Part shown: positions 30,601 through 44,149 of the stretch, piece by piece | How the letters are laid out: each line of letters starts with the position of its first letter | How positions within the stretch are numbered: the first letter of the stretch is position 1 | Assembly: GCF_009914755.1 (NCBI RefSeq) | Contig: NC_060932.1 | Length of the DNA stretch: 64,000 nt | Strand: one strand, 5' to 3' | From: the human T2T-CHM13v2.0 reference genome, Homo sapiens | Notes under the pieces: generated by a model | Seen by the model: only the letters and a program-made list of their open reading frames with translations | The model's database searches: none | What the model was told of the DNA's origin: nothing | Position numbers and translations under genes: made by a program

Positions 30601-30722
30601 TTTCTTCTTTTATACTTGTCCTCATTTTCTACAAAGGGAATAGGTTCTTCTTATTCTTTAGTAAGAGGAAATTATTAATAACAAAAGTCTGTTAAGAGTA
30701 GACTGTAGCTTACGTTAAATGA

Positions 30723-31200
30723 CAGTGCAGGGTTGCAGTCAACACTATCCATACTATGGGAAACTACGGGATAAACCACCACTTTCTTTGGCAAATGAAT
30801 TACAATGAAAAAAAGAGGGAGGAATCCACAGATTAAAAGAAATTTGAAATATGTCCATGAATTTCAACATACAGATCTCATACAGATCCGTTTAAATAAA
30901 CCATTTTTTTTTAAAGAGACAACCAGGGAAATTTGAACAGCGACTGAATATTTAATGACACCGAGGAAGTGTTTTTTTCAGACGAGAAAACATATTATGG
31001 TTCAGGTTTATTTTTTTCAAGTCCTTATCTTTTAGAAGTACATACTGAAGTATTTACGGATGAAATGAAATACCTGATATTGCTTCAAAAAATCAGGGGA
31101 AGGAGGCAGAAATGAAAAAAAGATTGGCCAAAAGCAGACAATTGTTGAAACTGAATGATAGTTACATGTCGCTCTGCTATTGCATGTGCAAAAATTTAAG
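30723..31200 (+). mobile_element. Old L1MC-like 3' fragment
   Basis: GGGAAATTTGAACA...GAAGTATTTACGGATGAAATGA...TTGCTTCAAAA...AGATTGGCC...ATTGTTGAAACTG are L1MC 3'-end motifs. Confidence 0.6.
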
Positions 31201-31217
31201 TTAACAGCAAGCAAACT

Positions 31218-31410
31218 GGCTGGGCACAGTTGCTCATGCCTGTAATCCCAACATTTTGGGAGGCTGAAGCGAGATCACTTGAGCCCAGGAGATAGAACCT
31301 GCAGTAAGTAAGCATGATTATGTCACTGCATTCCAGCCTGGGCAGCAGGGTGAGATTGCGTCTCTTAAAAAAACAAACAAACAAACAAACAAAAAACAAC
31401 AAAGAAAAAC
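31218..31410 (+). mobile_element. Monomeric Alu (left-arm 5' half joined to right-arm 3' half; FRAM-like or internally recombined AluJ)
   Basis: GGCTGGGCACAGTTGCTCATGCCTGTAATCCC runs into GCAGTAAG...CACTGCATTCCAGCCTGGGC; (AAAC)n tail. Confidence 0.85.
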
Positions 31411-32306
31411 TGCCCAAAGTAAAAAACCACTTGGAGGACTGAGCTACTAGCGCAAAACAGACTATAAAAGGTATGGGGGAGGTGGGGAGGAAGGAGAATC
31501 TAATAATGCAAAGTATCATGAAATTATCCAATAATAAAACCCGTATGTTTTAGTCCTAAAGGTATTGTTTTAGTTACAAATTACTTGACAAAACATCTCC
31601 AGCATAGGTCTGTCTCTTTCAAAGTGAAGGGGGAGACTGGTTGGCAGAACTGAACTCAAGCCTCATCATGCTTTTTCAGTCAAATGACCTTTGAGAAATT
31701 ATTTTTAACTTTTTGAGCCCGTTTCCTCATCTGTCAAATGAGAAAATAGTGGCTTTGTTGCCTAACAAAGTGCTGTGTGGACGAAATGAGAATATATTAT
31801 AACAGAGCGCAGAAATGCTGGAGAGTAAACTCAGGGCACCAACTGCTCATAAAATCATATGATTCACTACTTACCATCCATAAAGAAAAATCTGAGAGGT
31901 CAATACTTTTTGAAAATACCAATTCTCTCATTAATCCCTTTCATACCATATTGTGACTGGCTGCCCCAGATGCATGATGTAAATTATCTAGATTTAAATG
32001 CCTCCCCGTCAACTCGAAAGAAACAAGTCAGGAGGGAAAAATGCTTTCCTTTTCCACTGGCAGATGCATGTCTTGTTTGTGTCTCTGTATGTGTGTTTGT
32101 TTCCACCAAGAAAGTAAATGCTAACCAGATTCTCTTCCGTTTACTTGCACTTTGCAGCTAAATCACTAATACCAAAGCAAGGCAGGGTGGCAGTGGGGAG
32201 GTGGGGGCTATGGAGCCAGGCAAACCCAGATTTGATTCCCACCTCCCTCAGGTACTAGCAGGGTAATGTGAGAGTTTGAAACAGCCTATGTAAAGTACTC
32301 AGTACA

Positions 32307-32423
32307 GGCTGGGCACAGGTGGCTCATGCCTATAATCCCACCACTTTTGAGAGGCCAAGAAAGCCAAGGCAGGCCAATCACTTAAGCTCAGGAGTTGAAG
32401 ACTAGCCTGGGCAACATCACAAA
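32307..32423 (+). mobile_element. 3'-truncated Alu left monomer with perfect 15-bp TSD, inside a MIR
   Basis: AAAGTACTCAGTACA at 32292-32306 and 32424-32438. Confidence 0.9.
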
Positions 32424-35400
32424 AAAGTACTCAGTACAGAGCTGGTACTCAAAAAGTGACAGCCAACTCTGTGACTAGTATTACTAGGCCAACAGAGGAC
32501 TGCAGGTTGCAGACACCAAAAGGACAGACTAGGAATCTGGCTTTAGCATTCAGGTCTGCTAAGCATCTGCAGCACAACCTTCAAGAAATTTAGTAATTGT
32601 GGGTTTTTCCAACTGCTCTATGCAATTGGTAGGCATATATATAAAGCCCAGAGAGGTAGACTTAACCGTATTTGGAAAACTTTTTACCAGGTCTGCCTTC
32701 AAGATTTATAAATCAAATGTAGTTTTGCTACAATCTTCATAATTTTACTCAAATATCTGAATGCTAACTACATTAAAAACAAAACAAGTTTAAAAACCTA
32801 GGGTTAAAAAGTGAGGGGGGATGTCCCTGAGGTACTTACAATCTACTAAAAGTGAAGACATACGTGAACATGAATAAGAACACAACTTAGCTCACCAGCC
32901 TATCATTGACAAAATTATCCCAAAATCAGGAAGAAAAAAATCCTACTTCCATGGCCATCCGGTTGGTATTTAATACACTGTCAGGAAGTTCTTTTGAGTC
33001 TAACCTACATATCTCATGTCTCAGCAGAAGCCTATTTCCTGTTTGTTCTTTTTCATTAGCATTGCATGCATATCTGCATTTTTTTTCTTGAGGATGAGTC
33101 TGAGTAGAAAGAGCATAAATTGAGTTGAATCCTTTCTAAACCTAGTTCATCATCTGTGAAATGAAGAAACAGCACCCACCCCACAGGGCTGTTGGGAGGT
33201 TTATATGAGACGATATGGGTAGGGCAATCAGCACAGTTCCCGGCATAGAGTAGGTTCTTAACAGCAATGTTCGCAGATTCTGAATTTGTTCAAACTCTTA
33301 CACACAAAATGCAGAAGCCTTGGGATGTGACAGCACTGACTTGGCACCAGTTTATTTATTGGGAGGCAGTGTATTCACTTGCCTTGCTATGAAAAATATT
33401 ACTATTATTAAAGCAGCAGCAGCTGCTGGGCCAGCAGTGAGTGCTTATTTTGATTTGTACTTTGTGGAAATAAGGAGTATCTAATTTTATGTAAATGCTA
33501 TTAATGTGAATAAACATTACAAGGAAAAGGAAATGGGCATCATAAAAAATGATTAATGCAACATAAAGGAAGGCTCCCCATGTTTCAAAACAATGAAGAC
33601 AATTTTATTTCGTATGTAACTGGGCAGTGAAGAAGCCGTTCAATGGAAGTAAAGCCATTAGTCCTCACTGGACCTTTAAGCAGGCTCTGTTATTTAACAC
33701 TGAGGAAAAACCAATTAAACCAGAAATTTTCCGAAGACAGCCAAGTTGCCCTGCCTGGTCTTCCATCCATCCTGGATATCTACGGAAAGATTATTCAAGG
33801 AGCACCATGCCATCACTTTGGATTTAGTGGCAATGGGATGTTTCTTTTCTGGCCATACCCTATGTGGAATGTTGATTTTTCCTGACCACATCAGCAAAGC
33901 TAAAACTAGGCAGCACAGTGCTCTGACCACAGTCCTTCCAAGTATCCCAAATGAGTACAGAGCAGAAAGGATCAAGGGGAGGTGACACTTGCAGAGGGAA
34001 GGGCAGAGAAACTAACATCTTCCAAACGTCACTGAGTGCCAGGCATCTGCCTCCCTTATATTCCTACTGATTCTCCCAACAGCTGTGAAGTACCATCATT
34101 TACATTTAACTGTCATGTCAATGAAAAATGAAGATGAGGCCAGAAGAACTGAATCTAGTCCCAGCTTTGCTGTGTGATCTGGGTATAAACGGTGTGCTTC
34201 CCTATCCTCCTACTCTCCTCTGAGGACCACCATCACCCCCAGGCTGAAGAGGAAGACTTAGCCCCACCCATCACATAACCCCCTCATCCTGGCCAAAGCT
34301 GACTGGAGCAAGGGTGGTCTCCTGACCCAAGTGGAGCCAATCCAATCCTCCTTCCCAGATATCCTCGCCTCAGAATCAGGCAGACACCAATGTGGTGTAG
34401 GGCACTGGAGCTGGGAATAATTTGGTGCGAGCTGCCTTCATCTACCATTTGCCCAAAAGAGAAGACCCTCATTCTTGCCCCTCATGTTCCATAAAATATC
34501 TCCCATGAATCCTTCCAATAAGTCCCCATTTTGCTTTAACCAATGTATTTCATTTTGCTGGGGAAGGGGAAGGGACCTCTTACAATAAAACAGCCTAACA
34601 CACTTGGGGTTTCTAGGCCTCAGCTTCCTCATCCATAAAAAGAGGAGTTGGACTAGATGGTCTCTGAGGCCTTTTCCAGTTCTACAGAATGTGCGTCATA
34701 ATAACATAGTCCTCACTATACTTACAGCCCACTGCGTGCTGGGTGCTATACCAGGCACTGGAGACAAGGCCATTCTGACCCTAGCCTTTGGGTACAATGC
34801 TACAGAAATGCAAGGTATCCAGGCTATTTTAATAATAGAGCTAAGAAGAGCTTACATTTTCCTCCACCCAAAACGCATCTGGCAGGGAAAGGGGTGGCCT
34901 AGATTGACTTAGCCAACTCTGCTTTCTATAATAGTTGGTGCCAAAATGCAGTCGTCTTTTGGGCTTTACCTCCTTGGCATATGAGGTTCTGATTTTATTT
35001 TCCCAGCTTTTGAGTGGCTAAATTAGGTGCTGTCTTATCAAGGGGACACATATTCCAGTTCTTTGGGGGAAAATTATACCATAGCTTGGCATTAAAATTC
35101 AGTTCTTACACAACTGACCACAAACAGCACCATGACAGAGGGCTGTTCAGACAGGGCTGTGGGCTGGAAAGAGCCTACTGTGAACTCCTGGATTCTGTTA
35201 AGACCAAGTAGAGTCAAGTGCCTCCTGATCTTGACCTAACTCCTGCCCACAAATAATTAAAACTCGTTTTACTGACACTGAAAACAAGCTATGAAGCACA
35301 CAGAAATGAAAATTCAAGGAGAGATCTCTTTTGCTTTAAGGCTCCTGCCTCCTAACCAAAATAGAATTTCTTGTGGTCTCAGTGCTTCAAACTGTAATCA

Positions 35401-38078
35401 GTAAAGCACCTAACCTAGCTGCCATGCTCTGTACCAGTCAGGGCCAAGGCATAAATGTTTCACCTCCCCACAAATGACCACAATCAATTATGCAGGTACA
35501 TAATAAATACCTGCATTTATTATGTAACAGAGAAAACAGCTCATTACCCCAAAGCCCCAGCAAGAATCAGAAGGGGCAGCTTTCACACACCAATGGAGAG
35601 GACTCGACGAGTGGGGTGTAGAAGAAGGCAGAAAGATTATAGCAGTGACACAAGGAAGCATGGGCAATGAGGTTGCACTGGTAGAGCCCATCAGGCTGGC
35701 CTGGGTCAAAGTGGGCAGCACTGGTCACTGGTTCCCTTACTTCAGAGAGTACAGAGCCCACTAAGGGCTGATTATACAGTTACACTGAGTTGACAGTCTG
35801 CTTCAGATCAAATTGGCTATGACCATGACCCACAATGGTCAAAGTGTTTGGTGTTGCCCTAGTCCTCTCCTTAGTCCCATCTGTGCCTCCCCAGTCCGGG
35901 TCCCTGAAGTATACACATCTGACTTCATTTCTCTGTCATCTGACCTCATCACTGACCCTTCAGAAATGAGTCTACCAAGTCTCATCTTCTCAGTTACACA
36001 TGCAATTGTCTAATGCAATAATACAATAATACAGGGCAATAGCAACAAGGATAATAAGAACAATCATTTATAGAGCACTTAGCACACCAGGCACTGTTGT
36101 AAGCACTTTACAGATACTGACTCACTGAGAGGTAGGTACTTATCCCCATGAGGAAAGTAGGACACAGTAAGGCTCAGTAACTTGCCCAACACACGCTAGA
36201 AGTAATAGGGATACAATTAACCTTGGCAAGAGAATTTCACCCTCCTCAACCCAAGTGTTGCCACTGGTCCTCAGTAGAGAGCAGTCCTACCTATCTAACT
36301 CTCCATGAAGGAATGCTTCTAGCCTCATTTGCCTCCCCTTCTTCCCTGCCTCACAGGAGAGCTGAGTAGTCAGACCTTGACACCCATAGGGACATACTTT
36401 ACTGACACATAAAGTCATTTGATGAGTGCCTCCCATGCATTGCCTCCTTTAATACTCAAAAAGCAATGTCATTTATTTATCAAATGGGGAAACAGAGGCT
36501 TAGACATGAAGTGTAGCCCCAAACCTTACTCATGTTTAAGTAATACATGTGGGAATGGCCAAGACCCAGATCTGGTTTTAGTCCCCAAATGACTAGGTTA
36601 CATATATGGAAACCATCTCTCTGAGGCTCCCTGGACAAACAGACAATGAAGGCAAAGGTCTGGGTAGTGTTTGAACATCCAACACCACAAATGGCTTCTA
36701 ATGAAAGGCTGCTAGCCTAACATCAGGGAAAGCTACTGCGGCCTCGCACAGTGTGTCTTCTGAGACCAGGACTTAATGACAGCAGACTGGGCTAGCAAGA
36801 TCCAGTTCCAAACTTAAGGTTTACTCTCCACTCTTTCCACCTAGAAGCAAGTTACATGGAGTGGTACTGGGGAGGACTCCCAGACTGTGAATTGCCAGTC
36901 CCCACAACCCTGTTAAACAGCAGAGTGCAAAAATCCCTGGGTTGGGCAGCCCTGAATTCAAATCCCTGCATGGTTTCTGTCTCATCTTTGGGCCTCAGTC
37001 TCCACCTCTCAAAGCAATGTGGACTAAACTAGATCTGGTGGGTCCCATCATTCATGAGGTTCCTCCCGTGGAGATACAAAGCCCTTCTAGGAAGCCAATC
37101 ACCTCAATGAGGTAACACTTTGCTTTCCCACTTTATAACTGGCAATCCAAGCATCTGATCAGCAGAAGATGATTCGTCCTACACCACTGAGCTGATGCAT
37201 TTCAGCCAAAATCAAACACATTTGGCATGAGAGTTATGCCAAACTAAGTTACTAGCAGTGTCCACTAATTTTTCCACAAAGTGGCTACAGACCCCCATCA
37301 CAGCTTTCATGAGCCTTTTGGAGATCAGGCTTTCAGGTTGGCAAACGCCAGAGTAGATATTCTCCAAGGTCGCTTTTACTTGGACACTTGGCAATTCCCT
37401 GAATAACTAACACCCAGCAAAAACTCAGGGCTCTTGTACAGCCAGGAAGCTGGAAGCAGACAGCCAGACAGCCCTGAAGAAACTGCAACTGAGAGTAGTG
37501 GTTCTTTAGCCAGGGCTCTGGGCAGCTCATAGGCAAATCAGGTTGGGTCAACAGTCCCAGACTAAGCATGCCAGGGTGGAGCTGGAAGCAACAGGGTCAT
37601 TTTCACATCTGCCCAGTCCAAGGAGGATTGCTTGCAGCACTGTCTTTGATCACAAAAGGCAGAGATTTACTGAGGGGTCCAGCAAGAGGTCTCAGAAGAA
37701 CAGAGAAAAGCAACTATCTTTTCATTTTTCTTCCCTCTCCCAAACTCTTTCTCTCTAGCACTAGAAACCAAATAGAGGTAAAAAGATAATTAATAGATGC
37801 CTTTCTCACGGGTCCTGCAAGACAAAACAAACTGGCAGACAGGAAGCATAAAAGACAGTGAAATACAGAAGAAACGGAATGGGTTTTCAATGCAGATTCT
37901 GCATTCAGAGCCCAAGTCTACCATTTACCACTGTGTGATCTTGGACAAGTTATTTAATGTCTGTGAGCCTTTATGTATTCATATGTAAAGCAATAATAAG
38001 AATGCTACTAGAATAAGCTTTTATTAGATGATAGGTGTAAAAAATGTTTTTTTTAAATCCAAAGATATATATATAAGG

Positions 38079-38488
38079 TGTGTTAGGCAGTTCTTGTGTT
38101 GTTATAAAGGAATATCTGAGACTGGGTAATTTATAAAGAAAGGAAATTCTGCAGGCTGTACAAGCATGGCGCTGGTATCTGCTTGGCTTCTGCGGATGCC
38201 TCAGGGAGTGTTTAGTCATGGCAGGAGGAGAAGTGGGAGCAGGCACATCACATGGCGAAAGCAGGGGCGAGAGAGAGAGAAAAGTGGAGACCCAAACTTT
38301 TAAAACACTGGATCTCAAGAGAACTAATTGAGCAAGAACTCACTTATCACCAAGGGGATGATGATGCTAAACCATTCATGAGGCATCCGCCCCCACGATC
38401 CAATCACATCCCACCAAGCCCCACCTCCGACACTGGGGACTATGTTTCAACTTGAGATTTGGAGGGGACAAAAATCCAAACCATATCA
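38079..38488 (-). mobile_element. MaLR solo LTR (MSTA/MSTB-like)
   Basis: TG...CA termini; GAGACTGGGTAATTTATAAAGAAA...CAACTTGAGATTTGGAGGGGACAAAAATCCAAACCATATCA is the reverse complement of the TGATATGGTTTGG start. Confidence 0.88.
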
Positions 38489-40217
38489 GGACCAAAAGCA
38501 TTAGCATGGAATATCTGGCTAACAGGCTTGTGCCTTGTTTTAGAAAGAGCATGAGTTCCAACATATACAATTTCCTTCTCCCTTTGATTCTACAGACAGA
38601 TATATTCACTCACTGACCTTTGCTGGTTTCATCCAGACAAAACCTCATCCTAAGTACCTCCAGACTGGGTCAAAAGCCTGGGCACAGAGCCTTGACTTGT
38701 GTGTGGGAGAGAAACATTATGGGAAGGTTTGTTTGCCTTTTGTTGTATTATCTTCAAGAGGTCAGAGACAGACCCAAACATACTTTCTCTACATTAAGCA
38801 AAAGTATAAATCTTGATTTTAGCTAAATCCTTCCTAAGGGTTTTTTTTTTTTTTTTTTTTAAGACTACAATCTCCTTGGGGGTAATTAATGGGCTCCTTA
38901 AGTTTAGCACCTGCAATATAAAGAAGCACTTCCTATTAAGTTTACCAGCTTTTAAAATTTAAGAGGTAATGCACTTGCATTCTTGAGCAAGGGGAGCTGA
39001 CGAACAAGATCAGACGTCAAACCCTGACCACAGAAATCCTATGCGTAAGATTTCACAGAAAATCACTTAAGGACCTAACAGTATTTATCAAAGACTGATG
39101 AGCTCTATCATCAGCATGGCAGACACCCAAAAGGACATAGATAAAGGCTGAAACTTAAATGGAAGGTGAGGGAACACACACAGAAGTCTGACTGGCCTGC
39201 ATGAGGACTTGACAGTAATGCGATTAATCACAAATCTGATACTGGTTGTATGACCTGGGCAGAATACTTACTGGCTGTACGACCTAGCTGGACAAAATAC
39301 TTAACTGCTGTAATCCTGAATTTCTTCATCTATAAAATGGAGCCATTGATGATAGTAGGGTGAAAAAAGGTATTAAATAATAGTATGTATAGGGTTTGCA
39401 TGTAGTAGGAATGTTACTGTTATGAGATAGAGCTTGATACTGAATCTACATTCTGTCTCTTCATTCATTTCATCAAACATTTCTATATCTTCAGAAATAA
39501 CTGAACACACCAGGTGAATACATTAAGAAAAGCCTCTAATGCCAGACCCAAACTTGATTTCCAGTTTCCATAAGAAAACTTTTAGGCTGCATTTTTTGAG
39601 GGCAGGGTTCTTCTTCATTGTATCCCTGGGCCTAGCACACTGCTGGGCACATAGGAGGCACTGAACAATCTGTATATTGACTACATGGTAATTTGAGTGA
39701 TTTCACTTGTATTCCTAGGATGAATGTTCTATACTATTTCCCTCCCCTATGAACTGCCCCTTTCTACCCTGTTAAAGAGTTTTAGCCTTATTTCTTTATT
39801 TCTTAAAGACCACTAGCTTCTCCATAATACAATCTGGATAACCCCAATACCTCAGTAGGACTTGGAAAATGACTTGTATATAGCAGGGCCTCCCCAAAAA
39901 TGTGTTGAACAAATGCTGTTCACGGATTATACTCAAATGAGTTCCCACATTTAAATCTGAAAACTCATATCCAAATCTTCGAAAGTACAGGGAAAAAATA
40001 GTATATTTAAGTATCACTATTAAGAACTCTGAAATATAAACATGAAGAAACACTAAGCCTCCAAGGAACTTAGGCACCTTTTTTAATCAGACCAAAACTT
40101 GAAGGTGCAATGACAGCAAAGTCTCCTATGTTCCCTATAAAGCCACTGAAATATGTTTTTGTAGACATTTAGAATACCTATTTTATGTCTCAACTGTTTT
40201 AAGATTTCTAAACTCTG

Positions 40218-40503
40218 GGCCAGGCGTGGTGGCTCATGCCTGTAATCCCAGCACTTTGGAAGGCTAAGGCAGGCAGATCACTTGAGGTCGGGAGTTTGAG
40301 ACCAGCCTGGCCAACATGATGAAACTGCGTCTCTATTAGAAATACAAAAATTAGCCAGGCATGGCGGTGTGCACCTGTAGTCCCAGCTGCCCCAGGAGGC
40401 AGAGGTGAGAGAATTGCTTGAACCTGGGAGGCAGAGGTTGCAGTGAGCTGAGATCGCACCACTGCACTGCAGCCTCGGCGACAGAGTGAGAGAGCCTGTT
40501 TCA
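40218..40503 (+). mobile_element. AluS with decayed, purine-rich tail
   Basis: Full dimer. Degenerate TSD AGATTT(C/T)TAAA(C/T)TC at 40202-40215 and 40827-40840. Confidence 0.93.
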
Positions 40504-40520
40504 CGGAGAGAAGGGAGTGA

Positions 40521-40819
<299 letters not shown>

Positions 40820-41504
40820 GGGAGGGAGATTTTTAAATTCCATTTTATTTACTAGCCACTTGACCTTAGAGAGAAATCATTTCATCTCTCTGGGCCTCAA
40901 TTTCCTTCTCTATAAAATGGAAACGATAAATGTTCCTCTTTCAGAGAGCTCATATGAGAGGTAAATGTAAGCATTCATGCCATGTGTCGACAGCAGGCCT
41001 GGTATGGAGCAGCTGCTCAATAAATGAGCAGAACTTGCCTCCTTCATTGTCACCAAATTAAAATGTGGCCCAATATAAAATAACCAAGTAGACTTCCATT
41101 TATCATGTTGGACTCTCTCTCTGACAAAGGTACTAAGTATTAGCCACTCTAAGTCTTTAAATAGAGGGTCCCTTCTACTGTCTGGGTCACAGCAGTCCTA
41201 AAATGCCTGCCTGCTCCCGTTTAGGGAAAACGCTTATGCTCTCCTAGTCACTTACTCATAACTTAAAAATTGTCAAGAGTAAAATGGCACACATCAGTGT
41301 GCTTTCACTGCTGAATAAGTAAAACACTGGCTTTTTGCTTGGAAAACACTCACACGCCAGGATGAAACCTTGGCAGAACACCAGCTCATCCATTCCTGCC
41401 TCCCCAAGGTAGCCACTCATTGTGTGCCAGCCAAACCGTGAACCCCTGAGCCATGTGTGACCCTTCGCCCCAAAAGGTAAAGCCCAGAAGTAAACCAGAA
41501 GTAA

Positions 41505-41808
<304 letters not shown>

Positions 41809-44149
41809 TTCTTACCATATATTTCTCATCTACTTCCAAGAGTGCTCATCACAGAGATTTAACTAAAAGCATCAACATCTGCACAACACACCACAATCTC
41901 TACCAAGGAGACATAGTAAAAGAAAGAGTATGGATTAATTTGGGGCTCCAATCTTGGAGATCTAACAGTTTTTCAGTTGCGCTCTATGTATGTGCATTAG
42001 TGATCCAAAGAGCAAAAAAAGGTCATCAACAGGAAGGTACTTACTAGAACTAGGAAAATGTTTTTTTTAAATGAGAATTCCAAGTTACCCAAATTAATTC
42101 CTATTCTGGAGTTTCCATATCACCAAAAAGTACCCAAAAGTTCTCTTCCTAAGAATAACCACAAAATAACACAAGCCACATTCTTAAAGTTTCCAAATAT
42201 CTCAGTTGTGAAGCATATGCCAACAAGATTTTGTGGTATGCCCCCAAATTTTTTCTTATATTGAGTGTGGTAATGTTAAGCCCCATATTTTTAAAGAACT
42301 GAATTGTGACCCACCTAAGATATTTATAATAATGCACTACTTCCACATATGTAAGCATGGGGGAAAAATTAAAATTCAACTATGGTGGCTATCCATCAGT
42401 AAAAAAACCTAAAGCATACTTTTCACATCTATGCAAAAAGTAACCACTCAAGAGAGTGCAACCTCAAGAATTAAAATATGCCGACCGGAGACAATGTTTT
42501 CCTGGCCAATACCTTCCTCAAGTTCAGAATAAAAATTGTAAAATTATTGTGCCATCCTGAAACATTGCTATATTTTTGAGAACATGGGTATCATCAATGT
42601 ACTCTAACATGACACTGAACTTCTAGCCTGGTTCCAAGTTCCTAAGTGACTACACTTGCATTATAGTTAACTCTATTTTTCTACCTAATCTTACAACAGT
42701 ATTTCTCATAAAAAAAAATATTTGCTTTTAAATTTATTAACCTTAAACTAACATCAACAGCAACTGCATGTAATTTAACATTAACCCTCTACTACAGGGT
42801 TGCTGGAAAATATGCTCGCATACCTCTACAAACAGCATCACCGAATACTTAATCTTATCACACCCTTCACAAACAGAATACAGCAACACTATCTAAATGT
42901 GCAGGAAGAGAACGTTAAAATAACTGGCAGCTCTATTAGGAGGCACTGAAAAACTTATCTAGAAGGAAAATAACCACTCAGTCTAATCAATGTCACATCC
43001 TTAGAAGTATATACAATTAGTACAGAAAGGGGATGCAAAATGCTCCTGTATCAACATGTTTCAATTTATTACAATTAAGTGAAAGACAGACCCATGATGG
43101 GGTTCAATGCCTGGCAATTCTGTTTAATCCCAGACGAGTATAACAGACTGGCAGTTCACAAAGACAAAAAAAAAGAAAAAAGAAAAGAAAAAATCCATTT
43201 ACCTCTGGTTTTCAAACAAACCTAGTTAGGTGGTATTTCTCCATTCACTTCACAATTCAGTCCCATCACCCAATACTGACTCCAGAGAGAACTCTGGAAG
43301 TATGCCGGAATGACACATTCAGTCATAGCACCAAGCAGGCCAGATGGGACCCAGCACTAACAGAAGTCTCTCTCCTCCTAAAATTTGGGATCCCTCTACT
43401 TCTGAATCCCAGTTCTACGTGTGTGGAAACATGAGTATCAAAGCTCATTTCAAGATGAGTCGGCCCACAGAAGCCCAAGCTTCCCCATATTACAGAGGTC
43501 CGTCCTTGGGGTGGGGGGCTTACATCAGAAAGAGCTCCCCAAACCTCACCTAAACCAGCCACAGCATAACCCACCCAGGGAAAACCATCTCCCTTCCTAC
43601 TTTCCACCCAATGGTGCCATTTTCAGTTGAAATACGTTTGCCTTGTTTGAAGGGGAGGGATGCTTTATGGCACTTATTGATGATGCTGAGTTCCTGGGCA
43701 AATATCCTATTTTTATCGTGGCCCCAGAGGCTTCTGCTGCTCCTTGGCTTTCAGGTTCCTCTTTGCCCATACCACTCTCTCATTAACTCACTGAAAATCC
43801 TAAAGAAAATCGATTTGGCCTTGGCCCTGCCCCCCACCCCCCACCAGCAACGCTTTCCTGAAGGGTCCAGGTAAGAGGAGCTGTCTGACTGTCGCCTCGG
43901 GCCTCCCTTCTCCGTGTCTGGTCAGCTCAAGCAGGCTGCACCGGCCTCCGATCTCCTTGTCCAGCCTCGGAGTGCCCTGCGGGCAGGTCCTGCTGGCGCA
44001 GCAGCCCTAAGCCCTACCAAACCCTCCGGGTTAGGGAAGCCGGGTGGAAACCTATGTGCACAGATCTCTTTCCATCTGGGCTTCAGGCACCAGAGACTAA
44101 CAGGGAGGACTCCTGGAGTGGATACAGTCCCAGCCTGAGTTCTCTCTGG

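Noticed and set aside
39240-39301. Diverged tandem duplication of about 30 bp inside a MIR; also an 11-bp duplication at 41484-41506
   Set aside because: Ordinary slippage duplications with two copies only; not a CRISPR-like or functional array.
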